Assembly: GCA_029940695.1 (NCBI GenBank)
Contig: JAPYUP010000003.1
Coordinates: 14,100-78,099 of the forward strand
Source of the DNA: Candidatus Thalassarchaeaceae archaeon
GTDB lineage: Archaea; Thermoplasmatota; Poseidoniia; Poseidoniales; Thalassarchaeaceae
DNA length: 64,000 nt
Direction: 5' to 3'
Shown: in pieces, positions 54,920 to 64,000 of the stretch
Position numbering within the stretch: position 1 is the stretch's first letter
How the letters are laid out: the number at the start of each line of letters is the position of its first letter
The notes under the pieces: model-generated
What the model was told of the DNA's origin: nothing
The model's database searches: none
Seen by the model: the letters and a program-made list of their open reading frames with translations, nothing else
Position numbers and translations under genes: made by a program

Positions 54920-56293
54920 ATGGGGCAGTCACTGCTGATTCGCGACGCCGAGATGGTGTTCGACAGTAAGGTGGCCCTTGGGGACCTTCGCTCTACCGCA
55001 GGCGTAATCGAAGCAATCGCGCCGGGAGGAGGCCTTACACCGCGCGAGGGCGAAGTCGTCATCGATGGCGAAGGCCTGCACCTGCTACCTGGGGCTATCG
55101 ACCCCCAGGTCCACTTCAGGGAGCCTGGTCAACCCGAGAAGGAGGACATAGGCAGCGGCAGCATGGCCGCTGCGGCTGGTGGAGTCACAGCCTTCCTCGA
55201 CATGCCCAACAATGTCCCCTCTGCTACCAGCATGGAAGCGATGCGAGCCAAGCTAGGCTCTGCCGCTACCAATGCGGTCACTCACCACGGCTTCTTCATC
55301 GGAGCGACCTCTGACAACCTCGGGGAGCTGCAAGCAGCTGTCGGGACTGCTGACGAGCCGGGACCGAAGGAAGGCGTCTGCGGCATCAAGGTCTTCATGG
55401 GAAGCAGCACCGGTAATCTGTTGGTTGACGATCAATCAGCATTGGAGATGATCTTCTCTCAAACCGCTGGCGTCATCGCCGTACATGCAGAGGACGAAGG
55501 CAGGCTCAAGGAACGTCGGCCCAACTTCGAAGAACGAACTGACGTTGCTGCACATGCGGAGTGGCGCGATAGCGAAACTGCACTGATTGCCACTCAGCGA
55601 GCCTCGAAACTCTCTAACGATCACGATCACCGCCTCCACATTCTCCATCTGACCAGCGCTCTGGAGGCCGACTGGCTGGCTGGCAACAAGAGTGATCTCG
55701 TCACCACCGAAGTCTGCCCGCAGCACCTGACCTTCGATCAGGATGACGTGGCAGAGCGCGATACTCGCCTGATCATGAACCCACCCATCCGCTACAGCGA
55801 GGATCGTGACGCACTGTGGAACAGGCTCAGTGACGGGACGATAGACTGCATCGCTACCGACCACGCGCCGCACACCCTCGAGAACAAAGCACTCGGCTTT
55901 CCCAAGGCCCACGCCGGCATGCCAGGGGTAGAGACCTCGCTTCCAGTGATGCTGACACACGCCGCCGATGGCAAGTGCTCGATCCCTGACGTCGTGCGAT
56001 GGATGTGCGAAGGGCCGTCCAGAGTATACGAGATTCAGGGCAAGGGCCGACTTCAGGAGGGCATGGATGCCGACTTGGTACTCGTGGACATGGAATCGAG
56101 TCGGACGATCTCGGATGCGGACACTTGGACCCGCGTGGGATGGACGGCGTACGAGGGGATTCCACTCACAGGCTGGCCCGTATGCACCGTAGTTGACGGG
56201 ACCATCGTGCACAGCCGCACTGCTGGAGGCCCCAATAGTGGAGAGATACTAGTTGAGCCGGGGTCGGTTGGAAGGGCGCTGCGCTTCGCGTGA
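54920..56293 (+). CDS. pyrC: Cyclic amidohydrolase of the dihydroorotase/allantoinase family, probably dihydroorotase.
   Basis: PGAIDPQVHFREPG, KE..GSGSMAAAAGGVTAFLDMPNN, and later His/Asp metal ligands (DHAPH); 457 aa. Confidence 0.6.
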   Translation: MGQSLLIRDAEMVFDSKVALGDLRSTAGVIEAIAPGGGLTPREGEVVIDGEGLHLLPGAIDPQVHFREPGQPEKEDIGSGSMAAAAGGVTAFLDMPNNVPSATSMEAMRAKLGSAATNAVTHHGFFIGATSDNLGELQAAVGTADEPGPKEGVCGIKVFMGSSTGNLLVDDQSALEMIFSQTAGVIAVHAEDEGRLKERRPNFEERTDVAAHAEWRDSETALIATQRASKLSNDHDHRLHILHLTSALEADWLAGNKSDLVTTEVCPQHLTFDQDDVAERDTRLIMNPPIRYSEDRDALWNRLSDGTIDCIATDHAPHTLENKALGFPKAHAGMPGVETSLPVMLTHAADGKCSIPDVVRWMCEGPSRVYEIQGKGRLQEGMDADLVLVDMESSRTISDADTWTRVGWTAYEGIPLTGWPVCTVVDGTIVHSRTAGGPNSGEILVEPGSVGRALRFA

Positions 56294-56296
56294 GAA

Positions 56297-58732
56297 TCAG
56301 GCGTCATCGTCACTGCGTTCGTCTTCGGTGGTGGAGGATTCTGCGACCTCCACGTCGCCCTCGGCATCCACTGCAACCGGTTCTCCCACATAGCCGTATG
56401 ACATGGGCTCGTTGCCAGGAAGATCCAGTTCCACCATCAACTGCAGGTCGTCGGTGCGGTGGACGGTTGCGCCAGCCGCCGAGAATGCGTACACGTAGTC
56501 CCCCATGAAGATCGAGCGGCGGATGCTAGTCGTTCCTGACCACCACGAAGACAGGCCGTCCTCATTGTAGAAGCCGGAGTGCTCAACCTCCCCGTGAGTC
56601 GAGAGCGTGCCGTTCTCAGCGTCCACGTTGATCATCTTGAGCATCGAGACGAACTGGTAGCCGGAGTACGAGTAGACCCTGCCGTCGATTTCGATCTCGT
56701 CGTACACGTACCTATGCGTGGACAGGGGCACGGCCAGGAGTGCCTCGGGTGCCCAGTAGGTGAAGGCCTTGTGCTCGTAGGTGGCCTCGGAGTATGACCA
56801 CGACCAGCCGCAGGAGCGGATTTCCTCGCAGTTCTCGTCGGTGTAGGCCGGCGTCAACGGTATGCTGTCGGACAGTGTGGGTGCATTGGGGTCACTGACA
56901 TCGAACAGCGAGACTTGGGTGGTCGACCAGTCCAAGCCGGTGCCATCCTCGCCGCCCGCAATGCCGATAGTTAGCAGGGTGTTCTCGTCAACGGGATGGA
57001 TGTAGGTCGAGACGCCGGGAACCTCGAGCTCGCCCATGACGTAGGGATTGGTCGGGTCGGAGAGGTCGAGGACCCAAAGGGGGTCCATGTTCATGAAAGT
57101 CACTAGGTATCCGCGTTCGCCAACGAAGCGAGCGCTCCAAATGGTCTCGCCCTCGGCGATGCTCCCGATGAAGCCAACTTGGGAGAGCAATCCTTCGTCA
57201 TCGTCCTGCAAGATGGTCACCTGATTGCTGGGGCCGGTCCATATCGGCTCGCCGTTCTCATCCAGTTCGGCCGAAAGCCACCATCTTCCCCATAGGTCGG
57301 AGGTAGAGGCCACTCTAATCGAGCCCTCGTACTCACTCATGGAGAACTGGTCTTGCACTGTGCCGTTCACTCGTCCTGAAGCGGAGTAGGTGGTGTGATT
57401 GGCATCGCTTATGTCGAAGGAATGGATATTTGTCGTGTCATCCCAGCCCGAGTTCCGCCAGAACCACCACCAGTCATTAGCGGGTTCAGCGAGAACCAGG
57501 GTGTCCTGTGAGGCGTATACGTGAGCCCGCGTGGAGGTAATGTGATCGACCTCGAGCGAAACGTTGTCACTGAGCATCTGTATGGTCATGATGGTAGTGA
57601 AACCCCGTCCGGCGCTGTCGGCGCTGGCTGAGAACTCAGTGCATTGCTCGTATGTGAGTGGGTGCATCTTGAGCTCACTATCGCTCATCTCGTAGATGTG
57701 AGGCACGAAGTCGTCTAGGGTTAGAGCTGCGATGGCCTGCTCGTTGTGCAGGATCGTCGCGTTCATGCTCTCGTTCCACATGTCCATCCTCTTGTCGATG
57801 TCGTCCTCAGCCCAGTACTCAGAGGGAAGTTCGACCCAAGTCCGGATCCCATCGAAATACGTCCACAGGTGCGTTACCGAGCGAACCGTACCGTCCACCA
57901 TTCTAGCGGTGTGGTAATCGCCCTCGATATACAGCTCCCTCTCTATGCTGGGAGCGGTGCGGTCGGTGATGTCAACGACTGTGTACTTCACGAGGTTCTG
58001 GACTCGCATGTACGTGTACGAGTAGTCCTCCTTGCCCTTCTCCGAGGTGACCGTGACATCCTCTGCCATGACATTCCTGAGTTCGCTGTCATCGGGCAGG
58101 CTCCAGTAGTATATCGAGGAGGCGATGACCAATCGATCGCCGTCAATCATCATCTGAGTGGGATTTCCCTCGATGGTGAGGTTTGATTCGAGTGTCAGGT
58201 TGCCGAACTCGGGAACCCCCATTATCAGCAGCAATTGCCCGTTCAACATGTAGATGTGGTAGCCATCTGTCTTGAGGAAGTCCGCCTCATCAACGCCTGC
58301 CTCCTGGTTGTTCGTCCCAGAGAACTCTCCCTCGCGCGAACTGGGCGCCTCGCTGCCTGACTGGGATGCCGCAGAATCGTCAGCTGCCATCTCAGCCACC
58401 GGAACGCCGCCGTCGAAGGCGATGTCCTCGACCCAGATGCCGGTCCTCCAAGGCTCGGTGGCCCAATGCCAGTAGCTTTCCTGGTCTAGGGAGACGATCA
58501 TCTCCTCGTAGACAGCCCGCTGCAGGTCCTCGAGGAGGGTCTCGCAGGCATCATAGCTGTGCAGGGCTGGGGAGGAGCGAGTGCGCTCGGGCATTTCCAG
58601 TTGCGGGTAGTCACCCTCGAGGGCGTCTATCGTCTGGTCGATGTCCTCGATTATTTCTTCGACAGCCTCCAAGCATCCTGCGCTCAGCAGCACGACAAGA
58701 ATGAGTATCGCGTTAGTGGTTCGGTTATCCAT
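56297..58732 (-). CDS. Secreted beta-propeller-domain protein (COG4880-like) with a lipobox-like N terminus.
   Basis: Hydrophobic N terminus ending SAGC; the motif GVDEADFLKTDGYHIYMLNG is typical of this family; acidic C terminus. Confidence 0.5.
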   Translation of the reverse strand: MDNRTTNAILILVVLLSAGCLEAVEEIIEDIDQTIDALEGDYPQLEMPERTRSSPALHSYDACETLLEDLQRAVYEEMIVSLDQESYWHWATEPWRTGIWVEDIAFDGGVPVAEMAADDSAASQSGSEAPSSREGEFSGTNNQEAGVDEADFLKTDGYHIYMLNGQLLLIMGVPEFGNLTLESNLTIEGNPTQMMIDGDRLVIASSIYYWSLPDDSELRNVMAEDVTVTSEKGKEDYSYTYMRVQNLVKYTVVDITDRTAPSIERELYIEGDYHTARMVDGTVRSVTHLWTYFDGIRTWVELPSEYWAEDDIDKRMDMWNESMNATILHNEQAIAALTLDDFVPHIYEMSDSELKMHPLTYEQCTEFSASADSAGRGFTTIMTIQMLSDNVSLEVDHITSTRAHVYASQDTLVLAEPANDWWWFWRNSGWDDTTNIHSFDISDANHTTYSASGRVNGTVQDQFSMSEYEGSIRVASTSDLWGRWWLSAELDENGEPIWTGPSNQVTILQDDDEGLLSQVGFIGSIAEGETIWSARFVGERGYLVTFMNMDPLWVLDLSDPTNPYVMGELEVPGVSTYIHPVDENTLLTIGIAGGEDGTGLDWSTTQVSLFDVSDPNAPTLSDSIPLTPAYTDENCEEIRSCGWSWSYSEATYEHKAFTYWAPEALLAVPLSTHRYVYDEIEIDGRVYSYSGYQFVSMLKMINVDAENGTLSTHGEVEHSGFYNEDGLSSWWSGTTSIRRSIFMGDYVYAFSAAGATVHRTDDLQLMVELDLPGNEPMSYGYVGEPVAVDAEGDVEVAESSTTEDERSDDDA

Positions 58733-58806
58733 GGAACTGTGGGCAATCGCACCTCATATCAAGCGGTTGGTATGATGATTGGACAAATAGGGTTCATCAT
58801 CTAGAC

Positions 58807-59814
58807 TCAAGTTGCTGCCTCGGAACTCGAAACACTGAGGGAAGACAGCAGGGCCAACTGGCCTGCCTCGGAGAGTCTCCAAGGTGGACGTCGCGCTTCG
58901 GCGGCCGCCTCCACCATTCCAGCGTTGCGTAATTCCCTAATGTGGTGACTCAAGAGTTGCCGTGAAATCTCCAGTTTCTTCCTGACTTTGGTGCCAGAAA
59001 TCCCAACGTTGCCAGAATTGGCGATGGCCTCCAGTATTGCGAGGCGCGTTCCAATGATGGGATTCCTGATTCTTCCGATCTCTTCGCGAGAAAGGGAAGC
59101 GATGGCATAGCGCCGGAGCTTGCCATCCCTCCAGGAGATGACCCCACCCTGAGATTCGAGCACATGCAAGTGGTACGCAGTGACTCCGTTAGCTAGCCCG
59201 AGTGCGTCCCTCAGGGCCGAGAAGTGGATGCCGGCGTTGCCCTCGAGATATCCTAGGATGCGGCCCCTAGTCAGTAGGTCGTCGCCGTTCCCCCTCATTG
59301 CAAGCATCGGAGCCAATAGTGCAACGAGGACCGTCACGCGAATCGCCTCGGAAACAGTTGCCGCGATTGTTAGGGAGCCGAGTGTTCCCGCCCCCCCAGC
59401 AATCAACCCGAACGACAGATCCGAGAAGGTGCTGGTGGAATCATCGGATTCGGCTTCTGGGATCGGCGCTCGTGCCCCTTCCGCTTCATCGTCCGAATCC
59501 CCTGATTCGGCAGTCATGGCAGTATCGAAATTGAATTCGTTTGTTTCCTCCGAAACGGAATCAGCCTCATCAGTCTGATGTAGCCAGCCTCCCACGGCCA
59601 AGGAGGCGATTGCGAACAAGGTGAGCACGCGCACGGCGGAAACGCCATTCATAGTGCCTCGATGACCGCCCTCGCCTTTGACTGACATGGTGAGAAGATT
59701 TGACAATTCCAGTGAGTCACAACCCCAACTCAGACAGGTTTGGACGGGAATAGGGGAATTCGATTGCGATGGGGAAAATTGGCGCTGGCTCGTCCAGTTC
59801 CTCTTCATTGTCAC
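58807..59814 (-). CDS. Membrane-associated protein with a C-terminal winged-HTH (ArsR/MarR-like) domain.
   Basis: C-terminal ILGYLEGNAGIHFSALRDALGLANGVTAYHLHVLESQGGVISWRDGKLRRYAI and a second wHTH-like segment; one N-terminal TM helix (VRVLTLFAIASLAVGGWL). GTG start at 59814, ATG at 59808. Confidence 0.45.
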   Translation of the reverse strand: MTMKRNWTSQRQFSPSQSNSPIPVQTCLSWGCDSLELSNLLTMSVKGEGGHRGTMNGVSAVRVLTLFAIASLAVGGWLHQTDEADSVSEETNEFNFDTAMTAESGDSDDEAEGARAPIPEAESDDSTSTFSDLSFGLIAGGAGTLGSLTIAATVSEAIRVTVLVALLAPMLAMRGNGDDLLTRGRILGYLEGNAGIHFSALRDALGLANGVTAYHLHVLESQGGVISWRDGKLRRYAIASLSREEIGRIRNPIIGTRLAILEAIANSGNVGISGTKVRKKLEISRQLLSHHIRELRNAGMVEAAAEARRPPWRLSEAGQLALLSSLSVSSSEAAT

Positions 59815-59840
59815 TCATCGTCTCAACGTCACCAGCGAAC

Positions 59841-59850
59841 TCACCGGTGA
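59841..59850. promoter_or_regulatory. 10-bp palindrome TCACCGGTGA, nested in a GTCACC...GGTGAC inverted repeat, 27-37 nt upstream of the wHTH gene.
   Basis: Read directly from the sequence. Confidence 0.3.
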
Positions 59851-60000
59851 CGAGGCATCGTGTGCCGGCCAAGAAAATCAGTGCGGCAACCTGCAGGTCC
59901 AGTGTTTGGTCCATAAGACGATTATCATCGGCATTTGCGATATAAGCAAATTGGCTGAATGAGTATTGCCTGCATCACGTACTTCGATAGACTGCGTTAA

Positions 60001-60075
60001 TGGTGCGGATAGCGGGAATCGAACCCGCGTTGGCAGGTTGGGAACCTGCAGTCATAGCCCCTAGACCATATCCGC
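60001..60075 (-). tRNA. tRNA-Gly (anticodon CCC), 75 nt, CCA encoded.
   Basis: Manual fold: acceptor GCGGATA/TATCCGC, anticodon stem GCAGG/CCTGC with loop TTCCCAA, T-arm GCGGGTTCGATTCCCGC. Confidence 0.8.
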
Positions 60076-60122
60076 CGGGGCATAGCGAATGCATGCGGGT
60101 AATTGAGCGCGACGGTGGCCCA

Positions 60123-61571
60123 TCACTGCCATTCCAGATGTTCCGAATCGGGCATCTCGATATCGCTGGAACCGGGCCATTGGAGTTGCTGGGCTAGGAA
60201 GAGCGTGACTACCTCGTTCGTAAGCTCCTTGGAGATGCTGAGATTAAGCAGGCCATCGCAGCCATAAGCGTCGCATCCGATAGGTGAGAAGTGGTAGTGT
60301 CCGGCGTTCTTCAACACCCCGAATAGGGCAGATGGGTCTTCGAGGTTCCCTACGATGGCCATAACCATTGACAGGTTAGTCGTAGCATCGGCATCACCTG
60401 TTAGGACCAGCGTGGGGGTTTGAACCATCCTTAGTCCGGTTCCCAAGACGAATGCGTCCCACGGAGCGAGAGCGACTGTAGCCCATATTCTGTCGTCACT
60501 GAGATCGATGGTATCCGAACCTGGGTGAGACTCCAGCCAAGTGTCACGCATCGAGCAGTAGAAATCGATGCCAGTTCCGCAGTCAGCCTCGAGATCATCG
60601 ATGGAAATGGTTGCTCCAGAGGCAGTCAGAGCCGTGTAACCCCCCCCGGAGTGACCCATGACGGCATAGCCCGAACTAGGGTCAATGCAACCCTGGAATT
60701 CCCTCTTTCCCTCTGATTTTTCCACCATCCAGTCGAAAGTGTCAGAGAGATCGACTGGCCGTCTGAGAAGGGTCTGATACAACTTAGCGTTGTCTGAGTC
60801 GAAGAGTGTGTCGTCCACGTGATCGGGAGCGATGACAAGGAATCCGTGGCTTGCCAGCCTCTCGGTTAGGAAGGCGGACATCCACCTGAGTCCATACCCA
60901 GTTCCGTGACTGTATAATGCCACTGGGAGGGTCTGCGAGCAATCAGGGGTTGCGCTATCCCACGCCCCTCCAGGGTAAATATTGTCGTAGATTACCTCCT
61001 CTCCCTCTAAATCGGCAGTGGGAAACCAGACTTGAACCGTTATCTCGATGCCTGTGCTTCCTGTGAAAGTGAAGTCGTCGGTCCCCACTATGAACGGTCC
61101 AGGGGAGTCCAGAGATGTTGCTGGAGTAAGATGGAAGGGGTCTGAAGCGTCGGCGATGCCGTCGCCGTCATCGTCATCATCGGCGTTGTCCCCAATGCCA
61201 TCGCCATCGGTGTCCACACTCTCGCTCGTGTCCGAGGGAAATGCGTCATTGCCGTTGCCGATTCCGTCGCCATCAACATCGCCGTCCGAGTTGTCTCCCT
61301 TACCGTCACCATCCATGTCGGTAGTCTCCCCGGGGTCAAGGGGAAGCGCATCATCCGAGTCGGCGACTCCGTCACCGTCGTCATCATCATCGCAGGCGTT
61401 CCCAAGTCCGTCGGCATCAGTATCGACCTGATCGAAGTTTTGGGCCTCCAAGCAGTTGTCGTCTGCGTTCGAAATGCCGTCATCGTCGTCGTCCGATATG
61501 CCGGTGCAGCCTGCCATAGTAGCCAGGAGAAGTGCCAAGCTGATCGTCAGTGCCACTGCCTCGATTCGCAT
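60123..61571 (-). CDS. Secreted lipoprotein-like esterase/lipase (PAF-acetylhydrolase/alpha-beta hydrolase-like) with N-terminal TSP3-like Ca-binding repeats.
   Basis: The likely start is ATG at 61571 (MRIEAVALTISLALLLATMAGC, with a lipobox-like AGC). Repeats DTDADGLGNACDDDDDGDGVADSDD and DTDGDGIGDNADDDDDGDGIAD. Nucleophile elbow MGHSGGGY. Confidence 0.6.
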   Translation of the reverse strand: MRIEAVALTISLALLLATMAGCTGISDDDDDGISNADDNCLEAQNFDQVDTDADGLGNACDDDDDGDGVADSDDALPLDPGETTDMDGDGKGDNSDGDVDGDGIGNGNDAFPSDTSESVDTDGDGIGDNADDDDDGDGIADASDPFHLTPATSLDSPGPFIVGTDDFTFTGSTGIEITVQVWFPTADLEGEEVIYDNIYPGGAWDSATPDCSQTLPVALYSHGTGYGLRWMSAFLTERLASHGFLVIAPDHVDDTLFDSDNAKLYQTLLRRPVDLSDTFDWMVEKSEGKREFQGCIDPSSGYAVMGHSGGGYTALTASGATISIDDLEADCGTGIDFYCSMRDTWLESHPGSDTIDLSDDRIWATVALAPWDAFVLGTGLRMVQTPTLVLTGDADATTNLSMVMAIVGNLEDPSALFGVLKNAGHYHFSPIGCDAYGCDGLLNLSISKELTNEVVTLFLAQQLQWPGSSDIEMPDSEHLEWQ

Positions 61572-61579
61572 CTGTCCAC

Positions 61580-63322
61580 CTATGCCCTTCGCCTTAGTGA
61601 CTCGATGGCCGCATCGGCTACTCCCAAAGCCTCGAGGCATGTCTGCAGCTCCGCACCCTCCAGAGCCTGTTCGGCATCTGCGATGGCCTTCTCGGCCTTC
61701 ATCCTGCCACTGTCGCCAGGGCCGATGCTTGAAGAGTCAAGTCGTTTCCTCAGCGTCAGCCAATCCTCTTGAAGGAAGTCGAGCAGATTCTTGGCCTCGT
61801 TGCGCTCAGATTCAAACGCCTCAAGGTCTGAAGTCAAGTGACCCATGGACTCGGCGGCGTCGACCCATTTCCTCTCATCTGCCAACGATGCAGCGGAATC
61901 GAGCCTTTCGTCCCATGCTGACCTCGCCTCGCCTTCGGGGAACCTATCTTCGATCTGCTTCCTCTGCCGAAGCGCCCTCTGGGTCTCCTTCATGGCATCG
62001 GAGATCAGCCTAATCTCTCTCGAGATACTGTCTGCAAGTCCCTTTGCCAAGGCTGCGTTGCCTGCTTCCATGGCCTGCTTGGCCTCAGCGAGCTGCTCGG
62101 TGCTCTTGACTGGAAGGTCGCCCTCTGCTGCAACCATAGCGTGCTCGGCGTCGTCAAGCGCCTTCGTTGCCTCGTCGTGAATGTCCCCTATGCTATCCAT
62201 ATGAGCCGCGATCGAGGATACGATGGCGAGAGCCTCCTCGGGCTCCTCGTTGTCCATAGTCTCCTTGGCCGCACTCAGGATGGCCCGCACGCTCTCGACC
62301 ATGTGCCCGCTCTCGCTGCCAATTGCCGCCTCGGCCTCGGTGATAGCGTCGGCCGCGGCGCGCCAGTGCTCCTCAATCTGATTCGCCTTGGCCTTGGCCG
62401 TGCGCAAGAGTTGCTCGGCCTCACGCAGCGAGCCGTGTTCTGCCTCCCTAGATGCGAGGTCGTAGAAACGTCTGGGTCCCTTTGGGATATCGGATACGCG
62501 TTCCGCACGTTCGATGGCCTCCTTGGCGTCGTCACGGATTGCTCCGAGATCCTCGCTCAAGGCGAGGATGCGTTCTGCCTCGCGCTCTGCCTCTGCAAGC
62601 ATCAGCATACCCCTCTCAGGGTCGTCCCAACCCTCCTCGCGGGCGGATTTGAGCAGCGAGGCAGGCTGCTGCATACTGGGATTCTTAGATTGGAGCTCCA
62701 GCAGGCGCACCTCTGACTCCTTGAGGAGCGAGCGAAACTCCTTGCGTTCGTCGTGAAGGTCGTCCTTGGCCCACAAATCCGGGACAATGGTAGCCAGTGA
62801 AGGGACGACGACGATTCCCCAAGCCAATGGATTGGTTGTCGAAGAGAGGACGGGCAGCGCGATACCGAGGCCGGCGAGGGAGGTCAGCCCCCTCCAATGT
62901 CGCGACTCGAGGGTCGCACCTAGAATCAACTGAGAAGACCACCACAACGCGAGGACGATGATGAGCATGATGACTAGGGGCAGCAATTCGGCACCCCGGC
63001 TATGCTGTATCGCCGTGAAAGCGAGCAGAGGTGGCCATGTCACGTTTCCTACGGTGGCGATTCTCGAGCGCTCCATCGGGCCGAACTCAACTAGGTCGGG
63101 CAGCAAGACCGCTGCTGAGAACATCAACACCACAGGTCCGAGTCTCAACAACGAGTCGGACTCGCTGTCCATCGATTCCAGTAGCCACCATGCTCCAGTA
63201 GCCACTAGCAGCAAAGTCCCCGCTAAGGCTGCTATCTCCACGCGTCTGTGATGTTCTGCGATGACCCTATCGGGGTAGTCTGGAAGCATGACCACACCAT
63301 TTGGTGTCACTGAGGGGGTCAA
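61580..63322 (-). CDS. Polytopic membrane protein with a long C-terminal charged alpha-helical (coiled-coil-like) domain; function unknown.
   Basis: About 6 hydrophobic helices in the first 230 aa, followed by about 350 aa rich in AEAE/LEEA-type heptad-like sequence. Confidence 0.5.
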   Translation of the reverse strand: MTPSVTPNGVVMLPDYPDRVIAEHHRRVEIAALAGTLLLVATGAWWLLESMDSESDSLLRLGPVVLMFSAAVLLPDLVEFGPMERSRIATVGNVTWPPLLAFTAIQHSRGAELLPLVIMLIIVLALWWSSQLILGATLESRHWRGLTSLAGLGIALPVLSSTTNPLAWGIVVVPSLATIVPDLWAKDDLHDERKEFRSLLKESEVRLLELQSKNPSMQQPASLLKSAREEGWDDPERGMLMLAEAEREAERILALSEDLGAIRDDAKEAIERAERVSDIPKGPRRFYDLASREAEHGSLREAEQLLRTAKAKANQIEEHWRAAADAITEAEAAIGSESGHMVESVRAILSAAKETMDNEEPEEALAIVSSIAAHMDSIGDIHDEATKALDDAEHAMVAAEGDLPVKSTEQLAEAKQAMEAGNAALAKGLADSISREIRLISDAMKETQRALRQRKQIEDRFPEGEARSAWDERLDSAASLADERKWVDAAESMGHLTSDLEAFESERNEAKNLLDFLQEDWLTLRKRLDSSSIGPGDSGRMKAEKAIADAEQALEGAELQTCLEALGVADAAIESLRRRA

Positions 63323-63353
63323 TAGGTATGCGGTAGGCTGCGCGATGTCGAAA

Positions 63354-64000
63354 TCACGAATCCGCAGACGATTTCCCTATGGCGTACAGCATGGCGATGG
63401 TGAGCAGAAAGGCCACGACCAATGCGCCCGACTGGGAGCCCTCACTCGCTAGGGTGCCCTGATTAATGCTGTATTCCAGTGGGATGACGCCGTTGGTTCC
63501 GGCAATGGCGCTGTCCCACTCGACTTGGAGGCCTTCGAGACTTTCGTTAACGGGGACAAACTCGAATTTGATGGTAGAAGAGGTCGCACCGTCTTCCAGC
63601 GTGGCACCTGGGAAGTTCTCGTACCTGCTGCAGTTACCCTCGAGACAAACCCTCGCAAAGGCCGGGTCGGAGCCCTGGTTCTCAATCAGGACAGTGAAGG
63701 TCATACTGCTCCCTATGTCGACCCCACCTGAGTGCGACTTTTCGATGACGATGAGATGAGCTCCTTTCGTCGGGTGAACGGTGAGTTCGTACGACTCCGT
63801 CCTGGTGTTGCCGGAGGAGTCGGTAGCCGTCGCAATCACCTCGTGGCCACCGAGGCCGAGGGAGGTGTTCTCAAGCTCAATAGTCTCGATGCTGGACCAA
63901 CCCCCATTGGTTACCAAGTCTACACCATCTAGGGAGACTGACCAGGTGAGGTTTTCGATAGCATCGAGGTCATCAAACGACTTCGAGAATACCAGTAGGA
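63354..64000 (-). CDS. C-terminal part of a secreted, cell-anchored protein (Ig-like/beta-rich) ending in a TM helix; its 5' end lies beyond the window edge.
   Basis: The minus-strand frame stays open from the track start at 63917 to nt 64000. There is no signal peptide at the track start. The C terminus is GALVVAFLLTIAMLYAIGKSSADS. Confidence 0.5.
   Translation of the reverse strand, partial: LLVFSKSFDDLDAIENLTWSVSLDGVDLVTNGGWSSIETIELENTSLGLGGHEVIATATDSSGNTRTESYELTVHPTKGAHLIVIEKSHSGGVDIGSSMTFTVLIENQGSDPAFARVCLEGNCSRYENFPGATLEDGATSSTIKFEFVPVNESLEGLQVEWDSAIAGTNGVIPLEYSINQGTLASEGSQSGALVVAFLLTIAMLYAIGKSSADS

Noticed and set aside
60000-60197. 65-aa plus-strand ORF
   Set aside because: It is antisense to tRNA-Gly(CCC) at 60001-60075, so it is spurious.
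1-64000. Mobile elements (IS/transposase, integrase, phage genes) and toxin-antitoxin or restriction-modification systems
   Set aside because: No transposase DDE motifs, tyrosine/serine recombinase motifs, terminal inverted repeats, or recognisable TA/RM/defence gene signatures were found. The only tRNA-adjacent candidate region (25.9-31.1 kb) lacks an integrase.

Overview
This window is a high-GC (~58-60%) archaeal chromosomal segment. Archaeal markers present are RadA, RpoK, a Gar1-like protein, Hel308, a Cgi121-like ORF, an initiator tRNA-Met with an A1:U72 pair, and a two-subunit 2-oxoacid:ferredoxin oxidoreductase. The gene content is most consistent with an aerobic, planktonic marine euryarchaeote (Poseidoniales/MG-II-like), but I cannot confirm lineage without database searches. 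Supporting genes include a bacterial-type GpsA, heme A/O synthesis (ctaA-ctaB), TCA enzymes (acnA, korAB), and very large type-I membrane-anchored surface proteins built from eukaryote-like modules. I call about 45 protein genes and 5 tRNAs: a tandem Leu-CAG/Leu-UAG pair, Gln-CUG, iMet-CAU and Gly-CCC. I found no rRNA, no CRISPR array, and no transposase or integrase. The supplied ORF track uses GTG/TTG as well as ATG starts and contains many antisense 'shadow' ORFs, so several start coordinates are uncertain. The most notable content is: (a) two paralogous membrane-anchored subtilisin/kexin-like proteases carrying RCC1 propellers, a proprotein-convertase P-domain, Cys-rich GxY linkers and long thrombospondin-type-3-like calcium-binding repeat arrays; (b) a retropepsin-like (DTGA) membrane protein with a (GGGGRS)n tail; (c) a NUDIX-metallo-beta-lactamase fusion; (d) a Gar1-like protein with a eukaryote-style RG-rich tail; (e) a perfect 16-bp DtxR-box-like palindrome in the divergent promoter of an FTR1 iron permease; (f) tryptophan 2,3-dioxygenase and bacterial-type GpsA in an archaeal context.
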